Part shown: one piece after another, positions 53,426 through 54,260 of the stretch | How the letters are laid out: every line of letters begins with the position of its first letter | Position numbering within the stretch: the first letter of the stretch is position 1 | Virus record (IMG/VR): IMGVR_UViG_3300036861_000225 | Span: 1 to 54,260 of that record | Direction: 5' to 3' (one strand) | Origin: a virus | Lineage: Duplodnaviria > Caudoviricetes | Length of the DNA: 54,260 nt | Made by a program: the position numbers and the translations under genes | Notes under the pieces: generated by a model | The model's database searches: none | The model's input: the letters and a program-made list of their open reading frames with translations, nothing else | What the model was told of the DNA's origin: nothing

Positions 53426-53598
53426 CGCTTGCCCCTCAACGCGGCGTGCGTGTCGACCGGGCCATAGTGGCCACCCAGCCGATCGGTCCACGTGGTGCGC
53501 GGGATGTCGGCCCAGCTCGGGGTGTACCTGTGGCCGCGCAGAAGGCCTACAGAGGGCATCACGGCGCCCGGCAAGGGGGAGAGAGGGGTACGGGTCAT
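53422..53598 (-). CDS. Hypothetical protein, 58 aa (MTRTPLSPLP...)
   Basis: AAGGAG SD; ATGA overlaps. Confidence 0.55.
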   Translation of the reverse strand: MTRTPLSPLPGAVMPSVGLLRGHRYTPSWADIPRTTWTDRLGGHYGPVDTHAALRGKR

Positions 53599-53780
53599 GT
53601 CGATCTCCTTTCGGGGGTTGCGGCGGGCTTCTGGGGCCCTTGGAGCGTGTCCACGAACAGGGATTCGTGGTCACGGCAGAAGTAGATGCGCATCACGGTC
53701 GCAGGCGCGAAGTCCACAGCGAGGTAACGCTCGCAACGGTGATGGCGCGGACACATCACGCCCAGACAGACCGGGCTCAC
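53595..53780 (-). CDS. Small Cys-rich protein
   Basis: CLG..CP....CERY motif; GTGA overlap. Confidence 0.6.
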   Translation of the reverse strand: MSPVCLGVMCPRHHRCERYLAVDFAPATVMRIYFCRDHESLFVDTLQGPQKPAATPERRST

Positions 53781-53878
53781 GCGCGACCCCCTTGCATGGC
53801 GAGGTACCACGCATCGGCGGGGGACATGCGCGGTAACGCGCGGCGCACCATGAAATAACGGCGGATTGTGGCTTGCAT
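53777..53878 (-). CDS. Hypothetical peptide, 33 aa (MQATIRRYF...)
   Basis: AGGGAG SD. Confidence 0.55.
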   Translation of the reverse strand: MQATIRRYFMVRRALPRMSPADAWYLAMQGGRA

Positions 53879-53904
53879 GTTGGTTTCTCCCTTGGCGGTT
53901 AAGT

Positions 53905-54260
53905 TCAAAGCCGACCTTCGGTGCGCGCGGTCCCGAGAATGAACTCGCGATACGCGCGCCAGAAGCGCAGCGCTTGGCGGTCCATCTTCACGATTCGGGC
54001 ATCGTCGAACGTGGCCCAGTCAGCAAGCGAGTGGAACTCGCAGCCTATTTGCATGTGGGTGTCAAGGATCGTTACTTGCCACGCGAGCCCGCCGATCTGG
54101 ATCGGGGTTTTCTGCGCGTCGCCGGACACCTGCGCGTCGCCGGACACCTGCGCGCCGCCGAACACCCGCGCGTCGCCGGACACCTGCGCGCCGCCGGACA
54201 CCTGCGCGTCGCCGGACACCTGCGCGCCGCCGAACACCCGCGCGTCGCCGGACACCCACG
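53905..54260 (-). CDS. Hexapeptide-repeat protein, 3' part (joins 1..330)
   Basis: Repeats followed by W.VTI....MQIGCEFH....W C-terminal domain. Confidence 0.85.
   Translation of the reverse strand, partial: WVSGDARVFGGAQVSGDAQVSGGAQVSGDARVFGGAQVSGDAQVSGDAQKTPIQIGGLAWQVTILDTHMQIGCEFHSLADWATFDDARIVKMDRQALRFWRAYREFILGTARTEGRL

Overview
This window looks like a complete, circularly permuted dsDNA tailed phage genome of about 54.2 kb. It is GC-rich and podovirus-like; a Gram-negative host is implied by the spanins, and a betaproteobacterium is only a guess. The first and last 56 nt are identical, and a hexapeptide-repeat gene reads through the junction. The + strand (about 1988-33053) carries TerS, a FliA-like mini sigma factor, TerL, portal, scaffold, major capsid protein, adaptors and nozzle, a modular tail-fibre/LamG region, ejection proteins (the largest has PxGEATE repeats and a GNAT domain), holin candidates, a GH19 endolysin and a glycosyltransferase. 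The - strand (49204 to 33050) carries a DUF2800 nuclease, Acb2, SSB, family A DNA polymerase, VRR-NUC, a dual-frame two-subunit C5 methyltransferase, an SNF2 helicase, a dNTP diphosphohydrolase, a glycosyltransferase/methyltransferase cluster and the spanins. A short + strand block (49518-53097) carries Cro-like, Lar-like, nuclease and primase-helicase genes, followed by a candidate origin. No integrase or CI gene is visible. The most striking unexplained element sits where cI would normally be. It is a roughly 109-nt - strand sRNA with its own promoter and terminator, and it displays a (CCU)6 anti-Shine-Dalgarno loop. Its promoter is interlocked with the cro promoter. At least five phage genes appear to start from leaderless (SD-free) promoters, four of which share a GAGC-N4-GCTC-like operator. 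All family assignments come from motif recognition by eye; no database search was run.
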